This document shows positions 1 to 9,482 of a stretch of 64,000 nt of DNA, piece after piece; positions within the stretch are counted from its first letter, which is position 1, and every line of letters starts with the position of its first letter. The position numbers and the translations under genes were made by a program. Source of the DNA: Pseudomonadota bacterium (lineage in GTDB: Bacteria > SZUA-182 > DTGQ01); the NCBI GenBank assembly GCA_030625085.1, contig DAOURK010000008.1, forward strand, positions 2,024-66,023, given 5' to 3'. The notes under the pieces were generated by a model. That model had not been told where the DNA came from. It did not search any database and saw only the letters and a program-made list of their open reading frames with translations.

Positions 1-341
1 GATTTACTAAGCAGCTTTGTTTTTTCTGCTACTAATTTTTTCAGATTTTTACTGTTTTATCAGCCTTTTTTTCTATCTGTATGTTTTTTCTTTGTTTTTT
101 GATCGAAGGTCTGACTTTCGATAAAATCTTTGAAAAAAATTAATTCTGAAAACCCTCTCCTCCCTTGATATACTTGCAGATTATTTCCATGCCTTATAGC
201 TGATTTTTTATTGCCTTTTTGCTCAAATTGTGTTATTAAATAAATAACCCCGGCATAAAAGACATAAAGAAATAAAAAAACATCTCTTATTTTGTTTCTT
301 ATAATTTTTCAGATATTAAATTTTAGAACTAATTTTTTTAT

Positions 342-377
342 AACTGTATCGCAGGGCTAAGGCCCCGCGATACAGTT
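342..377. repeat. GC-rich stem-loop in an AT-rich leader. Arms are CTGTATCGCAGGGC and GCCCCGCGATACAG with loop TAAG. It belongs to the same family as the element at 19450-19477.
   Basis: Inverted repeat read directly from the sequence, with one mismatch. The core GCAGGGC-TRAR-GCCCYGCG recurs at 19450. Confidence 0.6.
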
Positions 378-488
378 ATCTGAATATAGATTGAGAAATT
401 ATTTTTCTGGAAATGTTTAGTTTGAACATATCGATTTATAAAAAAGATTAAATCCGGTCAACATTCAAAAGAAGAGGAGTATGAACCT

Positions 489-1667
489 ATGCCAGATAAA
501 AGACTCCCGCAATTCGTTTTCCTGTTTACCATTTTTTGTTCCATGCTGTTGGTTAATTTTGCGTGGGACCCCGTATTGGTCAGAGCTGCAGATCAGGAAA
601 ATTGTATGCTTTGCCATCGTTATTCCGGTCTGGGCTGTTTTGACAAAGATACAGGCGCGAAAAAAATCTTTTATGTGAATGAAGCGCTTTACTCTAATAC
701 TGTTCATAACAATGTTCTTTGCACCCACTGTCATTTGAATCTGAAAGAGGTGCCGCATAAACCGGCCAAAAAAGTTGATTGTGGAACAAAATGTCATGTA
801 AAGGATCCTTCTACCAATAAGGATTTTTCCCATAAAATAGTGGTAGATGAATTCAGAAAAAGCGTGCATGGCGAATCTGCCCTTTTTACCTATAAAGACA
901 AGCAGCCTCGATGTAAATATTGCCACACCAATCCTCTTTACTCACCCCTGCGAGGAATTATGGCCGAAAAGCCGGGTTGCGAATCAGAGGCGCTTGCCAG
1001 GTGTTTAGCCTGTCATGAAAAAAGTCCGTGGACGAAAAGATTTTTAAAACATTTTGTTTCCCGGACATCCTCACGTTGGAATAATAAACAGATGGTGGAC
1101 CTTTGTAATAATTGCCATGCGGATGAGGAATTTATGCACAGTTTTGGGCTTGAAACCACTGCTAATTTCAAGAGTACGTTTCATTACCGGAATGTGAAAT
1201 ATGAAAGTGAAAATGCCGCTAATTGCTTAAGCTGCCATGGGCCAAGTCAACCTATTGAGATTGAAGAGGGAAAACCTGTGCAATTTTCCGCTCATTCGAT
1301 TAAGTCTGCCGATAATCCGAAATCTTCGCTTTTCAAAGAACACCGGGCCCTTACGTGCGGACAGTTAGGGTGCCATGAAGGCGCCAATAGGTTTTTTGCC
1401 TCAGGTGCGGTACACGGTACGGGGACAAAACCAACCTTACTGCGTAAACGGTTAGTAGCAGAGGCCGAAGAATTAACCCAGGAAGAAAAGGAAGAGATTA
1501 AGGCTGACATTAAAAAGGCCAAGATGGATAAACTCCAATTAACCATAATTTGGGGCATTAAGGCCTTTTATAAATTAATGATTATCCTCGTTGGAGGGTT
1601 TATGTTTGTTCATCAAATGCTGGACTTGAGAATAACCTTGAAAGAGAGAAGAGAGGGGAGACATTAA
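489..1667 (+). CDS. Membrane-anchored multiheme cytochrome c with about 8 heme-binding motifs. A C-terminal TM helix makes it the candidate periplasm-facing subunit of a quinol-oxidoreductase-type complex.
   Basis: Motifs seen: CMLCH, CTHCH, CGTKCH, CKYCH, CLACH, CNNCH, CLSCH, CGQLGCH. A hydrophobic C-terminal helix (IIWGIKAFYKLMIILVGGFMFV) is present. RBS GAGGAG sits 9 nt upstream. The stop overlaps the start of the next gene (TAATATG). Confidence 0.8.
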   Translation: MPDKRLPQFVFLFTIFCSMLLVNFAWDPVLVRAADQENCMLCHRYSGLGCFDKDTGAKKIFYVNEALYSNTVHNNVLCTHCHLNLKEVPHKPAKKVDCGTKCHVKDPSTNKDFSHKIVVDEFRKSVHGESALFTYKDKQPRCKYCHTNPLYSPLRGIMAEKPGCESEALARCLACHEKSPWTKRFLKHFVSRTSSRWNNKQMVDLCNNCHADEEFMHSFGLETTANFKSTFHYRNVKYESENAANCLSCHGPSQPIEIEEGKPVQFSAHSIKSADNPKSSLFKEHRALTCGQLGCHEGANRFFASGAVHGTGTKPTLLRKRLVAEAEELTQEEKEEIKADIKKAKMDKLQLTIIWGIKAFYKLMIILVGGFMFVHQMLDLRITLKERREGRH

Positions 1668-1668
1668 T

Positions 1669-2454
1669 ATGGCCAGGAAATGGGGAAGAAGGTCAGAAGA
1701 TCAACAATACTTCGCTCGACTGTCGCGAGCTGAAGTATGGCAGCATAATATTGTTTGGATATCCTTTGTTTTATTGGTAGCTACGGGAATGATGTCTTTA
1801 ATACCAACCGATTGGGTAACGACCATGTTTGGCAGTTATACCACCCAAGTTTACTATTACCGTCGTATTGCTCATCTCGTCTTAGCGGTGCTTTTGATTG
1901 CCGGTTCTATATGGCATCTAGCTTATGGTGCATTGACGGAAGCCGGAAGACAGATGCTCAAGGATATGATTCCTACTTATACGGACGCCATTCAAATGAA
2001 GCAAAATATACAGTATATGCTCGGAATGTCGGATTTTAAACCTAAATTTGATCGTTTTGATTATCGGGAAAAAATGGAGTATATTTTTGGGCTAATCGGC
2101 ACCACGGTTATTGTTTTGACCGGCATTGTCATGACCTTTGCTCCCTATTTCCCTAAATTCATGGTTGATGTTTGCGGTACCTTCCATTTATGTGAGGCTA
2201 CCCTGGCCAGTATTACTATCGCAATCTGGCATTTCTACGCCATACATTGGAAACCGGGGCAATTCCCCCAGGACACTTCATGGCTTGACGGAATGGTAAC
2301 CATGGATCATTTGAAACATGAACACCCGCTGCAATGGGAGCGAGTAATGAGAGAAAGAGAAACGGCAAAAAAAAGAAGTGATGATTTTTCTTTTTTGGAT
2401 ACTCCCTCAACGAAAAGGCAATTTAATAACCTGCCGGAAATGGAGGAGGAATAA
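1669..2454 (+). CDS. Di-heme cytochrome b membrane subunit of the HyaC/FdnI-like family.
   Basis: Several TM helices carry conserved histidines (HLVLAVLLIAGSIWHLAYG; HFYAIHW). The gene is translationally coupled between two c-type cytochrome genes. Confidence 0.65.
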   Translation: MARKWGRRSEDQQYFARLSRAEVWQHNIVWISFVLLVATGMMSLIPTDWVTTMFGSYTTQVYYYRRIAHLVLAVLLIAGSIWHLAYGALTEAGRQMLKDMIPTYTDAIQMKQNIQYMLGMSDFKPKFDRFDYREKMEYIFGLIGTTVIVLTGIVMTFAPYFPKFMVDVCGTFHLCEATLASITIAIWHFYAIHWKPGQFPQDTSWLDGMVTMDHLKHEHPLQWERVMRERETAKKRSDDFSFLDTPSTKRQFNNLPEMEEE

Positions 2455-2457
2455 TCA

Positions 2458-3369
2458 ATGAAAAGCGGTCGTGGAAGTCTTGCTAAATTAATCAGTGTTC
2501 TATCAGCCATATTATTGGTGATTTGTTTGTTAATGATGGTAAAAGTTTTCTATTTTCCGAAAAAAGGGATCCATCACGGGCCACCCGGCATTGAGTTTGA
2601 AGAGACACAACAGGGAGAGTTGCCGAGAGTTATTGATACAAAGCCCATTGGAGTTGAGGTATTTGATAAGATCTTAAAAGAGAAGGCCTTTTCTCAAATG
2701 GAACATTTCCATAATGTGGACGATAGTCTTGATATCAAAAAACGGGTCCCTTCCCTCTGTTTAATTTGCCACGGGAGTTACCCTCACATTAAAGATAAGG
2801 AAGTTCGATCGCTCTATAATATGCACACCTTCTTTTGCGCCTGTGAAACGTGCCATACAAAGGCTACCAATGTTACTTATCTATGGTTTGATAATTATAC
2901 AGGCGAGAAAATCCCGGAGATCAAAGATCGTGTTCCGGACGGCGTTTATGCCGGCAATTATGGGGCCAAAATTGTTCCTTGTCTACCTAATAAAATTGGT
3001 AAATTCCAAAGACTTGATCAGCCTATTACTCAAGAATCTGCCCAAGAATATTTAAAATTATGGGCTCAATATAACTATGATCAGCAGTCAAAGGCCAAAG
3101 CTGAGGTGCATAAGCGATTGACTGACAAACCGGTTACCTGCTCTGAGTGCCATCGGAGGAAAGATCCCGTTTTGGATTTTAAGGCCCTGGGATATCCAAA
3201 GCACCTGTGTGATGAATTTACTGGAACTGAGGTAGCCGGTATGGTTGGTAAATATAAATCTTTATATCTGCCTACAATGTTTCGACCTGAAAATATTATC
3301 GACGGCAAAAGAACTTTAAAAGACGGTAAAATGCCTCTTCCCCTAACGGGCCAGGAAGGTATATTTTAA
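2458..3369 (+). CDS. Membrane-anchored triheme cytochrome c.
   Basis: N-terminal TM helix followed by CLICH, CETCH and CSECH. It starts 4 nt after the stop of the cytochrome b gene. Confidence 0.75.
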   Translation: MKSGRGSLAKLISVLSAILLVICLLMMVKVFYFPKKGIHHGPPGIEFEETQQGELPRVIDTKPIGVEVFDKILKEKAFSQMEHFHNVDDSLDIKKRVPSLCLICHGSYPHIKDKEVRSLYNMHTFFCACETCHTKATNVTYLWFDNYTGEKIPEIKDRVPDGVYAGNYGAKIVPCLPNKIGKFQRLDQPITQESAQEYLKLWAQYNYDQQSKAKAEVHKRLTDKPVTCSECHRRKDPVLDFKALGYPKHLCDEFTGTEVAGMVGKYKSLYLPTMFRPENIIDGKRTLKDGKMPLPLTGQEGIF

Positions 3370-3533
3370 TAAAACTTTTATGCCGATCATTCTTATTCCC
3401 GGCATCTTTCATCACAGACAAAAAGTAATTGACATTTTTTGACTGTCAATTCAAGGAATAAATAGCTGTCATTTTAGGGAATAAATAACATAAAAAGTAA
3501 ATTCCCACCACCTTCCCTCAAGGAGAAAAAAAA

Positions 3534-4661
3534 TTGCTGCGCTTGCCGCTCCGGCCGCCTCCGCCCTTATCCGGAAAACTTGGGACCGGAAAAATAGAAA
3601 TAATTGGAGTAAGAAAAAGTAAATGGTTACTCATTATAGGTCTTGTTGTATGTCGGCTCTTTATTTTTTTATTATTTTCTATAGGAAAAGTAAAACCGGC
3701 GGCGGCGGAGATTATTTCCGTCAAGCATCTCTTTGATATAGAAAAAAATGCTGTTGCCCCTCCCCTTAACCAACCAAGTGCAGTAGCCGTCGATCCCCAA
3801 AAAAGAATCTGGGTCCTCGATGGTGTCAACAGCCGGCTGGTAGGATTTTCATCTAAAGGAAAATATTTGACTCAATTTGGCCAAAAAGGAAGCGACCCTG
3901 GAGAATTTAAATCTCCATTGGGATTGACGATTGACTCTGAGGGGTTGTTGTATGTGGCCGATTCCAAGAATCATCGGATTCAAATTTTAGATGAAGCCGG
4001 TGGTTTTCTATCAGAATTGTATATTTCACCGGATAAATACGGCTGCTTGGCCGATCCGACGGATATTGTTTTAGACAAAGGTAAGCAGCGAGTTATCATA
4101 GTGGATAATGATAATCATCGTTTATTAATTTACAGATGGAAGTACAAATTAAGCGATCAGAAGCCGGTTGTTAGTGATGAAAAAAAGGCGGAGACTGCAC
4201 CTGAAAAAGAGGCTAATGCTCAGGCTATGGAATTAATAAGTGAGATAGGCGGTGTCGGGTATGAAGAGGGAAATTTTCGGTATCCTTATTCTGCTTGTAT
4301 AGATACTGCCGGCAATATCTATGTTACTGATGTGATCAACACCAGAGTTCAAGTATTCAACCCGCAAGGTGAGTTCATACGAAGCATAGGCGAATGGGGT
4401 ATTGAAAAAGGACAATTTTTCAGACCCCAATCTATTTGTATTGATCGGCAGGGAAGAGTTTTTGTTGGCGAAAACTATGATAAAATCGGCTTAATTCAGG
4501 TTTTTGACCAACAGGGCAATTTATTAGGCATAATTGGAGATGCCCAGAAACAAAAAATTCGTTTTCGGGTCCCAACCGATTTGTACATTGATCAACAAAA
4601 TCGATTGTATGTTGTTCAGATGTATACCAGTGTTATAAGTGTTTATTCTTTTATTGATTAA
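3534..4661 (+). CDS. NHL-repeat beta-propeller protein with an N-terminal membrane anchor or signal.
   Basis: TTG start with AGGAG 8 nt upstream. Repeated NHL-type blades are visible (YVADSKNHRIQILD, YVTDVINTRVQVFN, FVGENYDKIGLIQVFD). The N-terminal hydrophobic segment is WLLIIGLVVCRLFIFLLF. Confidence 0.7.
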   Translation: MLRLPLRPPPPLSGKLGTGKIEIIGVRKSKWLLIIGLVVCRLFIFLLFSIGKVKPAAAEIISVKHLFDIEKNAVAPPLNQPSAVAVDPQKRIWVLDGVNSRLVGFSSKGKYLTQFGQKGSDPGEFKSPLGLTIDSEGLLYVADSKNHRIQILDEAGGFLSELYISPDKYGCLADPTDIVLDKGKQRVIIVDNDNHRLLIYRWKYKLSDQKPVVSDEKKAETAPEKEANAQAMELISEIGGVGYEEGNFRYPYSACIDTAGNIYVTDVINTRVQVFNPQGEFIRSIGEWGIEKGQFFRPQSICIDRQGRVFVGENYDKIGLIQVFDQQGNLLGIIGDAQKQKIRFRVPTDLYIDQQNRLYVVQMYTSVISVYSFID

Positions 4662-4685
4662 TAAAGAATTTCATAAACTTGACTG

Positions 4686-7600
4686 ATGTTTAATCAAAAT
4701 TCTCACTATACTATCCTCCCCGGTTTTTTCAGAAAGTCTTCTCATAGTCAATTTACCCGCGGTCTGTATCTTTTCTGTTTATGGCTGATGGTAAATTTGG
4801 CCTGTTTTGTTTACCCGGTTCATGGACAAATGGTGCCGAACTCGGCTAAAGAATGCGCCATTTGTCACTTTCGGTGGTTGGATCAATTTTATCATGAGGG
4901 TCGAGGCACGGATCTGGTAAAGTACCAGGAAGAACGAGTAGCCGCCAGTGAAATGATTTGCTATAGCTGTCATAATGGTATTTTGGTTGACTCTCGCGAT
5001 CGATTTTGGGCTAAACGTGGGCACCGGGTGAATATGAAACCTTCGGACAAGATAAAGATTGATAAGGATATGCCCCTGGGAGAAGAGGGAGAGGTTACCT
5101 GTGCCACCTGCCACACTGCCCATGGTGTTTCCGACGAATTGCGCTATCAGCAAACGATTCATCTTCGATTTCCGAACCGGAATTCGGAAATTTGTATTCG
5201 ATGTCACTTTACCAAAACCGGCGGGCCGCCGGGAGGAAATCATCCCCTGGGAGTCAGCTCAATCCCTATTCCGACCAAAATCCTGGAAAATTACGGTCGA
5301 GCAGGTGTAAAAAAGGATGCCGTTATTTGCGAAACCTGCCATACTGTACATGGAACTATGGATAAAAACCTTTTGGTAATTCCGAATAAAATTGGGGAAA
5401 AATACACCGCCTTTTTATGTGAATCCTGTCATACGGCTAATCCCAGTCTGAGGGGCAAAGGCATAGGCAAGGGAACGCATCCTGTTAATAAAGTATCTAA
5501 GTTAAAAATGCCGTCTAAGTGGACTGACGGTTCTTCAATTATCACCGGGGCATATGGTCAAATCATTTGTTTAACCTGTCATTCACCTCATGAGGCCCAA
5601 AAAGAAACCTCTATTTTGGTGAAAGGGTCCAAATCGCCTCTTTGTATTGAATGTCACCAGCAGGAAAAAAACATTGCCGGAACAGAACATGATCTTACTT
5701 TATCCGCACCGGCTGAGATCGATTTAACTTCCAAAGTGGGCTCCCAAACAGGAATTTGCAGCGCCTGCCACAGACCGCACAATGCCGAAAAATATCGCCT
5801 GTGGTCGCGTTCTTTAGCCGGCCTTAAGGGAGACGCCGGCTCCCGGATGTGTGAGAGTTGCCACCATGTCAAGTCTTGCGCCAAAAAAAAATTGACCGGC
5901 GCCTTTAGCCATCCTGTGAATCGAGATATGTCCAAGGTTACAAGAAAAAAACAATTCCCTGCTTATGATGGAGAAGCCCGCCCTGCTGATCAAGGGAATA
6001 TCATGTGCGCTACCTGCCATAATCCCCACCAATGGGACCCTGAAAAAAATCAGTATGGATCAGGCCAGATGATTGAAGGCAACCGCTCAAATAGTTTTTT
6101 AAGAATGCCTAATAACAAGGATTCCGGTTTTTGTCTTGCCTGCCATCAGAGTAAAAACATGTTGATAAAAACAGATCATGATTTGCGGATTACAGCTAAG
6201 GAGGAACTCAATTCATTGGGGCAACTATGCACTCAATTCGGACCTTGCAGCGCCTGCCACGTGGTGCATAATGCTCAAGGAAACAAGCTGTGGGCTCGCT
6301 TGCTGCCTCAGGCCGATGATCCCATATCCGCCCTTTGCCAAAGTTGCCACCGGCAAGAAAGTTGCGCTCAGAAAAAATTGGTCGGCGCTTATACCCATCC
6401 AGTCCAAGCTGATATTCAATCGGCAGGAAATAAGACTTCACTCCCCTTATTCAATAAAAAAGGTGATATTAAAGCCCAAGCTAAATTGGTCACTTGTTCA
6501 ACCTGCCATAATGTCCATCAGTGGCGACCGGATCAAAAAGGTTTTGGTTCAGGCAAAAATGTAGAGGGAGAGGGGAAGGATAGTTTCTTAAGGATTGTCA
6601 ATGATGATAAATCCAGCCTCTGCCTTGATTGCCATAAAAACAAACAGTATATTGCTCAAACCGATCATGATTTGCGGTTCATGGCTCCCAAAGAAAAAAA
6701 TATTTTAGATACCGTACCGCAAAAAAGCGGCCTTTGCGGTTCCTGTCATCTGGCACATAATGGTGCGTCGATTTTTATGTTTGCCAAAAACTTGAATAAC
6801 CAAGGAGATTTAGCCAATCAATTATGTGCTTCCTGCCATAGAGAAAAGGGATGTGCTGAAAAAAAGGTAATCACCAATCATACTCATCCCCTGGATAAAG
6901 GGATTAAATCGGCAGACGAGTCTACCGGTCTTCCTCTTTACATGCCGGATGCTTCTAAACAGCCGGAAGGTAAGGTAGCTTGCCCCACCTGCCATAATGT
7001 GCATCAGTGGTCATCAACCGAATCGGCTTCCGGAACCGGAAAAAACAGGGAAGGGACGGCCGACAATAGTTTCCTTCGGCTCTCCATGTTGCCCAATCCA
7101 TCTCTTTGTGAAGATTGCCATCAAAAGGAATGTAGAATTGTTTACACCGATCATGATATGCGCATGGTGGCCGAAGGCGAAAAAAATATTCGAAATCAAA
7201 CTGTCCAAGAATCAGGGGTTTGCTCAGCCTGTCATTTGGTTCACAATGCCCCGGAGGATAATATGTGGGCGCGAGAGCTTCCTTACCTGGCCCAAAGCTT
7301 GATTACCCGGGAATGCTGCAGTTGCCATAGTGAGGGAAAGGCAGCTAAAGAAAAAATTATCGCCGGTTTTTCCCACCCGGTGGATATTCCTCCTGCCGAA
7401 AGGGAAATCACTACCGGCTTGCCCCTTTATACCATGGCCGGGGAGGTGGGAAAGTCGGCTAATGACCTTATGACTTGCACTACTTGCCATAATCCGCATC
7501 AATGGTCACCCGGGTATAAAGAAGATGAGACACCAACAAAAACAGTTACCCGGGGACAAAAGAAAAGGATTTTCAAGAAAAATCTTGAGGGAGATATTTA

Positions 7601-8267
7601 TAACAGTTTTTTAAGGCTGACGGAAGAAAAAAAGAAAAATCTGTGTACGGACTGTCATCAGGATAAACAGCATATTTGTCTGAGTGAACATGACCTGCAG
7701 TTGCTGGCTGCTGATAAGCCAAATTTACAAGGACGAACAGTAAAACAATCAGGTGTTTGCTCTGCATGTCATCTTGTGCATAACAGTCCCTATAAAACAA
7801 TTAGTTGGGCTCGGCAACTGCCGCCGGGAAAAGATTTTATGCTGACCACCTGTCTTTCATGCCATGAAAAAGACAAATGCGCTGAGAAAAAAATTGCCTT
7901 TATCGGTCTTCATCCCAGATCCTTCGTTTATACCGGCAAAATTACCCAGTTCCGAAGAATGGGGAATGTTGACTATCAAAGTTATTTTCCATTATATAAT
8001 AACAGTGGGGCAAAATCGCCAATCGGGTATGTAACTTGTCCTACATGCCACAATGTTCATCAGTGGGACCCTCAATCGAAGGTATACCCGGAGGGGAGAA
8101 AGAATATTGAAGGGGACCCCCGCAATAGTTTCTTGCGCAATAGCGGGGCCCAATTCTCTATTTGTCTTGATTGCCATGGTTTTGAAGCCATTCTCAGATA
8201 TAAAAATTATCATGTTCCTTCAGAATGGCAGCAAAAATATTGGCGGCCGGGCCAGAAAATAAAATAG
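4686..8267 (+). CDS. Giant modular multiheme cytochrome c of 1193 aa with about 28 CxxCH motifs. It is built from about five tandem tetraheme modules.
   Basis: I counted 28 CxxCH motifs. A recurring module runs NSFLR - CxxCH - DHDL - CSACHxVHN - WAR - CxSCH - HP - TCxTCHNxHQW. A signal-like N-terminus is present. Confidence 0.85.
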   Translation: MFNQNSHYTILPGFFRKSSHSQFTRGLYLFCLWLMVNLACFVYPVHGQMVPNSAKECAICHFRWLDQFYHEGRGTDLVKYQEERVAASEMICYSCHNGILVDSRDRFWAKRGHRVNMKPSDKIKIDKDMPLGEEGEVTCATCHTAHGVSDELRYQQTIHLRFPNRNSEICIRCHFTKTGGPPGGNHPLGVSSIPIPTKILENYGRAGVKKDAVICETCHTVHGTMDKNLLVIPNKIGEKYTAFLCESCHTANPSLRGKGIGKGTHPVNKVSKLKMPSKWTDGSSIITGAYGQIICLTCHSPHEAQKETSILVKGSKSPLCIECHQQEKNIAGTEHDLTLSAPAEIDLTSKVGSQTGICSACHRPHNAEKYRLWSRSLAGLKGDAGSRMCESCHHVKSCAKKKLTGAFSHPVNRDMSKVTRKKQFPAYDGEARPADQGNIMCATCHNPHQWDPEKNQYGSGQMIEGNRSNSFLRMPNNKDSGFCLACHQSKNMLIKTDHDLRITAKEELNSLGQLCTQFGPCSACHVVHNAQGNKLWARLLPQADDPISALCQSCHRQESCAQKKLVGAYTHPVQADIQSAGNKTSLPLFNKKGDIKAQAKLVTCSTCHNVHQWRPDQKGFGSGKNVEGEGKDSFLRIVNDDKSSLCLDCHKNKQYIAQTDHDLRFMAPKEKNILDTVPQKSGLCGSCHLAHNGASIFMFAKNLNNQGDLANQLCASCHREKGCAEKKVITNHTHPLDKGIKSADESTGLPLYMPDASKQPEGKVACPTCHNVHQWSSTESASGTGKNREGTADNSFLRLSMLPNPSLCEDCHQKECRIVYTDHDMRMVAEGEKNIRNQTVQESGVCSACHLVHNAPEDNMWARELPYLAQSLITRECCSCHSEGKAAKEKIIAGFSHPVDIPPAEREITTGLPLYTMAGEVGKSANDLMTCTTCHNPHQWSPGYKEDETPTKTVTRGQKKRIFKKNLEGDIYNSFLRLTEEKKKNLCTDCHQDKQHICLSEHDLQLLAADKPNLQGRTVKQSGVCSACHLVHNSPYKTISWARQLPPGKDFMLTTCLSCHEKDKCAEKKIAFIGLHPRSFVYTGKITQFRRMGNVDYQSYFPLYNNSGAKSPIGYVTCPTCHNVHQWDPQSKVYPEGRKNIEGDPRNSFLRNSGAQFSICLDCHGFEAILRYKNYHVPSEWQQKYWRPGQKIK

Positions 8268-8318
8268 AAAACAAAAGACGTCGGTTTAAGGGGCTTGAAT
8301 TAGCGCTTATTTACAGCT

Positions 8319-9194
8319 CTAATCAATAACATGGCAGTATAAGCATTTATTTTTCATAAGCTTACCATTTGGGTCAATCTGGATATGGGGATTAACCGCC
8401 CGGTACTTGTCTTCAGAATGACATAAGAGACAGGCATCAACTCTCTTTTCATAGGGACCGCCCCGTAAAAAATTTGTCTCAATCCTCCCCAATCCTTTGC
8501 AGGGCATATAATGGCAAGTAAGACAGGTTAACTTTCCATTATGTAAAGGAAATCCATCCGGCATGATCATCCCTTTCTCCTTGGACGGACTAATACCAAT
8601 CGGATGATTGTCCGCCCTGGCCTTTTTCCCGTCATGGCATTGAATGCATACGCCTATCCGATCTCCCTGAAATTTTAGTTGCAGATTGTCGCCGGATAAA
8701 CCAATTGCGGTCTCATGGCAGAGTTGACAAAAAACGCCGGCTTTATGCGGATCAATTTTTTGGACCCTGGACCAAAAATTTGAATAATACTTATTAAGTC
8801 TTTTCTCATTTGTCGGCCGACCTGCCGGTTGATGAAAAACATGACAACTTCTACAGGAAATAACCTCTGAAAAAAGAGCAATCCCTAAATAGTTTAATTG
8901 AGATTTGAGAATCTGAGTTGCTTCTTTAGTTGTTATCAAACGACAACTCTCCGGAATGGCGTGGCAACTAATACATTGGGCCTGAAACTTTTCCGAATGA
9001 ATAGTCTCCTGCGCTTGTAAAGAAACTAAAGGATCAGAGGAATGGCAATCTTTACATTTTCCCTGAAATAATTGATTATTTTTTTGATGAGGGTTTTTGG
9101 TTTCAATACTACCGACAGAACAAACTACTATTATATAACTAATAAATAATACTATTAACGAAAATGTGGCAATTTTTATATGATTATATCTCAA
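8319..9194 (-). CDS. Octaheme cytochrome c with signal peptide or N-terminal anchor. It is a paralogue of the central part of 9483-11189.
   Basis: Motifs seen: CKDCH, CISCH, CRSCH, CQLCH, CIQCH, CLTCH, CLLCH, CLYCH. The block ARADNHP...GKLTC(L/V)TCH...FLRGGPY is shared with the next gene. Confidence 0.8.
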   Translation of the reverse strand: MRYNHIKIATFSLIVLFISYIIVVCSVGSIETKNPHQKNNQLFQGKCKDCHSSDPLVSLQAQETIHSEKFQAQCISCHAIPESCRLITTKEATQILKSQLNYLGIALFSEVISCRSCHVFHQPAGRPTNEKRLNKYYSNFWSRVQKIDPHKAGVFCQLCHETAIGLSGDNLQLKFQGDRIGVCIQCHDGKKARADNHPIGISPSKEKGMIMPDGFPLHNGKLTCLTCHYMPCKGLGRIETNFLRGGPYEKRVDACLLCHSEDKYRAVNPHIQIDPNGKLMKNKCLYCHVID

Positions 9195-9245
9195 CCTTAA
9201 ATTTTATCTCCCATTAACCCTACAACGTCACTTAGCATTTAAGAT

Positions 9246-9324
9246 GTCATTTCGAGGAGAGAAGCAACGAGAAATCTTATTATAAAACAGATGGTTAAAG
9301 ATTTCTCCCTTCGATCGAAATGAC
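9246..9324. repeat. Compound palindromic intergenic element of the GTCATTTCGAGGAG...GAGAAATCTT family, with its inverted partner.
   Basis: First arm GTCATTTCGAGGAGAGAAGCAACGAGAAATCTT. After about 20 nt comes AAGATTTCTCCCTTCGATCGAAATGAC. The same half-element recurs at 34164-34196, and the motif GTCATTTCGA recurs at 20879. Confidence 0.55.
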
Positions 9325-9482
9325 AAGTATCGTTGTAAGGTTCAATATAAATATAAAATTCAGAATGTAAAACTTATTTGTAAATAAAATCTTCATGCCT
9401 CTTCGAGGCACTACAAATTATAAAAATGTTATTTCTCAAAGCGTTATATGGTTATTTTCGAAACAAAATAAACAAAAAAATG

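Noticed and set aside
342-377. GC hairpins at 342-377 and 19450-19477 as rho-independent terminators.
   Set aside because: Neither is followed by a U-run on either strand, and one lies upstream of a gene start. They are better treated as a repeat-element family.
8268-8318. Terminator between the convergent 28-heme and octaheme genes.
   Set aside because: Only 51 bp separate the genes, with no convincing stem plus U-tract. Termination signals may overlap coding sequence or be factor-dependent.
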